A stretch of DNA of 64,000 bases from contig CM052816.1 in the NCBI GenBank assembly GCA_028534125.1, positions 14,262,001 to 14,326,000 on the forward strand. Reading direction: 5' to 3'. The notes below the pieces were generated by a model. That model had not been told where the DNA came from, searched no databases, and saw only the letters and a program-made list of their open reading frames with translations. Source of the stretch: Lama glama. Its lineage: Eukaryota. Of this stretch, positions 60,916 through 64,000 are shown piece after piece; within the stretch, counting starts at the first letter, position 1, and every line of letters starts with the position of its first letter. The position numbers and the translations under genes are program-made.

Positions 60916-63444
60916 CCATCCTTGAAGTACGCCATCTGCAATTTTGGGTTAACACATCACCCTGGCCTCCTGTTCTCTGTGAATCTGCAGCCCAGTCTTT
61001 TATGACTTGAGAATTCATGCCGTCCCCTAGTGTACTGTCATCACGCAACCAAATATGATTCAAAACAAGGCCGGGGGCGGGGTGGGGGTGGGGGCATATT
61101 GTGTCCTCTCTGCATCAGTGATGACGAAGTCAAACTTCATGACTCAGAACACGCAGAAGCCCTCCAGACCTGAACAACTTTCCCCACAGGAAACCCGCCA
61201 GGTGCTTAGTTACCTTTTGAGCTCTTCGTGGGTGGCAGAGAACGCTTCCAAAAATAGATCTGTCCTCAGCTCTCCCAGAAGAGGCTTGCAGCCTAAAAAT
61301 GTCACTCCCTTCTCCCTTCCAAAACACAGACATCACTGCCCGGGGTGTAGTCCTTCCTTACTAACCTAGCCAGCAGCCTAAAGATAAGCCTTCCTCCCAC
61401 CTGGAGTCTAGACTCCCTTATCAGGGTAGGGAGAAAAGTGTCTCTTGCCAGCAGGAAAAAAAAAAAAAAAAACAAAAAAACCCTTCCGTATGAATTTTGG
61501 CAAAAATTGCTCTTCCAAAGCAGATAGATTTCAAGGAAAAAGATGTGGTCTCTGGCTTACTTTTATTTCCTGAAGATCAACTAAATGGGACTGGGTGTGT
61601 AAAAGGACTTTGTAAACTGCAAATACCAGGAACTATCACACGCCTCTGTGCACGTGTTCCCCGCATTTCAAAATTGCAGCAAGTGCGAGGGATGACTTCT
61701 CCAGCGATACCTCTGCAGACACAGATCTTCCAACCACAAAGACCCAGGGAGTTTTCCTGGCCTGGGCTTTCCGTGGGTGAGCTGAGACGAAATGAGCACC
61801 ACTGCTAAAAGGAGTCCTCAGGCAGGGATGCAGTGTGCTGGAATGAGTAGGCATGAGTTTCAACTTGAAGACAGAACTGAGGAGACTGGGAGAGAGCCTT
61901 GTTCAGCTGTGAGTGGACCTCCAAACTGAGTCTCAGCCGCTGTGTTAACCTGGAGTTGGTTTTAATATAAAGACACGACTGCTAGCTTCTTGCCAGGGGC
62001 ATGTGATGCTTGAGCTCCATGGAACACCTCGTCTTGTTAGAGCTGTTTTCAGTTCTTTTATTTTATTCCTGTGTTCATTCATTCAGTAAATAGATTGTTA
62101 ATTCTAACTCCATGGCCAGCTTTCTCTGTCCCAACAAACCCCTCCATTTTCTACCCACGAACAAAGCCCACACACAGTGAGTATAGTTTGAAGGTAAACA
62201 GGTTTTGTTTCAATAAGAAAAGTAAAGATGTGCCTGTTTCCAGGGCACCCAGTCCCTGCCACCCACCTGGCCCCACACCGTAAACTAGAGGTCACTTCGG
62301 GGATATTTTCTGTGTTTGGGAACCATTCTGCTCCTGGGAAGCACTAGTTTCAGAATGCCATCGTTCTGTTTTTAGAGTATTTTTATAGCACCATTACCGT
62401 ATTTATTGGGCACTCTTGTACATAGCTCCACAAGAGATTCTGGGGGAATATAAAAGCAGTAACGACAGTAGCAACACAAACATATCATTAAGAACAAGAA
62501 GTGCAAGACGTGGTCCCTGGGCTTCAGGTACTTATAAAGGGATGCCCAAAGGCAGAGGAAACCCATATAACTCGTGCTACCTCCCCCAGGCCTCGGACAG
62601 ACAGCAATAATCCAGCACAACCCTCCCACTGAGGTCAACGCAGCTCAGCATCCTTCTCAACACAGTGCTCTGAGTCACCACTGCCAGTTGTCTGGGATCG
62701 GTGGGTAAAATGCAATCCATCCACCTCCTCTTTCCATCCCTGTATTTTTGACTAAGTCCAGCAGAAGTTCGAGAAAGGAAGAAATGGTCATATGTGTTGG
62801 GGTGGTTGGGAAAGATGCCACAGGGGAGGGCAATTTTAGCTCTACCCTGAAAAAATGATCAAATTTGAGTAGAATGAGTAGAGGAGAGAGGAAGGATATT
62901 TACTGTATTGAAGTTTTTTACATTAAAAAAATTTAGTCAAATATATGGCTGTGTCTTTTTTTTTTTTTAACTTCTTGCTTTAATTTAGGAAGATCTTTCT
63001 CATCCTGCAGATCATTAAAACACTCGCCTATATTTTCTTCAAGTAGTGTTATGGCTTTCTTTTTTTTTTACAAAAAAGACATTTTTGATCCAGTTCAATT
63101 TACTTGGGGACAAAGAGTATGGTAGGAATTCAGGTTTTGGGGTTTTTTTTTTTAATAACTAACTTCATCTCATACCATTTGCTGAATAATCATTTTAAAA
63201 GTCTCCTTTATACACAATATCACCTTAAATACATGTGCTTATTTCTGGATCCCTGATTCTTTTTCACTTTTCTGTTCATTTATCGTGAGTCCTGCATTGC
63301 AGAAAATTTAATTCACAAAATCCTCAGCATACAAATCAGATAAACTAAGGAGATAGGCTTCTTCAAGAGACAGATAGCAAGCTGCCCCAACCATACCTGA
63401 AATGACTCAATTTTTCAAAAGCTTAAATGTATGCATGTCTTTTT

Positions 63445-64000
63445 TTTTAATAGAACACCTTTATTGGCATACAACTCTCATATAATTCATCAATTTAATA
63501 TGCACAATTCAGTGGCCTTCAGGATACTTGCAGTGTGGAACAATTTTAGAACATTTTCATCACTCCAAAAAGAAAGCCTGTATCCATTAGCAGTTACTCC
63601 CCATTCCCCCTAAATCTCCAGTCCTATGCAACCATTACCTATTTTCTGTCTCTATGGATTTGTCTATTCTGGATATTTCATTATAAATGGAATCATACAA
63701 TATGTGTCAATCTCCTTTCACTTAGCATAATGTTTTCAAAGTTCATCCATATTATAGCGTGTGTATCCACACTTCATTTCTTGTTGTTGAATATTCCATG
63801 GCACGGCTCTACTACACTTGGTTTATCCATTCATCAGTTATGGACATTTTGGTCATTTCCACTTTTTGGCTATTACGAATAACGTTGCCATGAACAACCA
63901 TGTATATATTTTTGTGTGAACAATACATTTCCTTTAAATAGAGCATTTTTTTAACATCTTTATTGTGGTATGATTCCTGTACAGTAAACCACACATATTT
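63445..64000 (-). mobile_element. L1MB-like 3' region (runs off window)
   Basis: ttttagaacattttcatcactccaaaaagaaa..aatggaatcatacaatatg..tttatccattcatcagtt. Confidence 0.88.

Overview
Mammalian genomic DNA, most likely camelid (eight copies of a tRNA-derived SINE resembling camelid Vic-1; species is an inference). The window holds one complete protein-coding gene on the minus strand, NDFIP1 (NEDD4 family-interacting protein 1). Seven coding exons were mapped by hand (53970-53908, 27046-26959, 24607-24477, 21278-21191, 20249-20125, 18271-18205, 15339-15236; 666 nt, 221 aa, all introns GT-AG). A non-coding last exon starts at 9317, and a CpG-island promoter lies at about 53.4-54.55 kb. The rest is intronic or intergenic, with SINEs, L1/HAL1 fragments, solo LTRs, MER58 and MIR relics. 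I see no prokaryote-type system (no CRISPR, no operon) and nothing I can honestly call a new biological system. Best leads: an unidentified ~430-bp retroposed insert with a target-site duplication (TSD) inside an L1; a perfect (CTCCCCGC)8 promoter array; a TG..CA element with 5-bp TSD and 18-bp terminal inverted repeat; a candidate cryptic 3'UTR exon in intron 7 that could toggle NMD; and a frame-symmetric exon 2+3 module carrying all three PY motifs. Repeat subfamily names and comparisons to human are from memory, not database searches; repeat boundaries are approximate unless a TSD is given.
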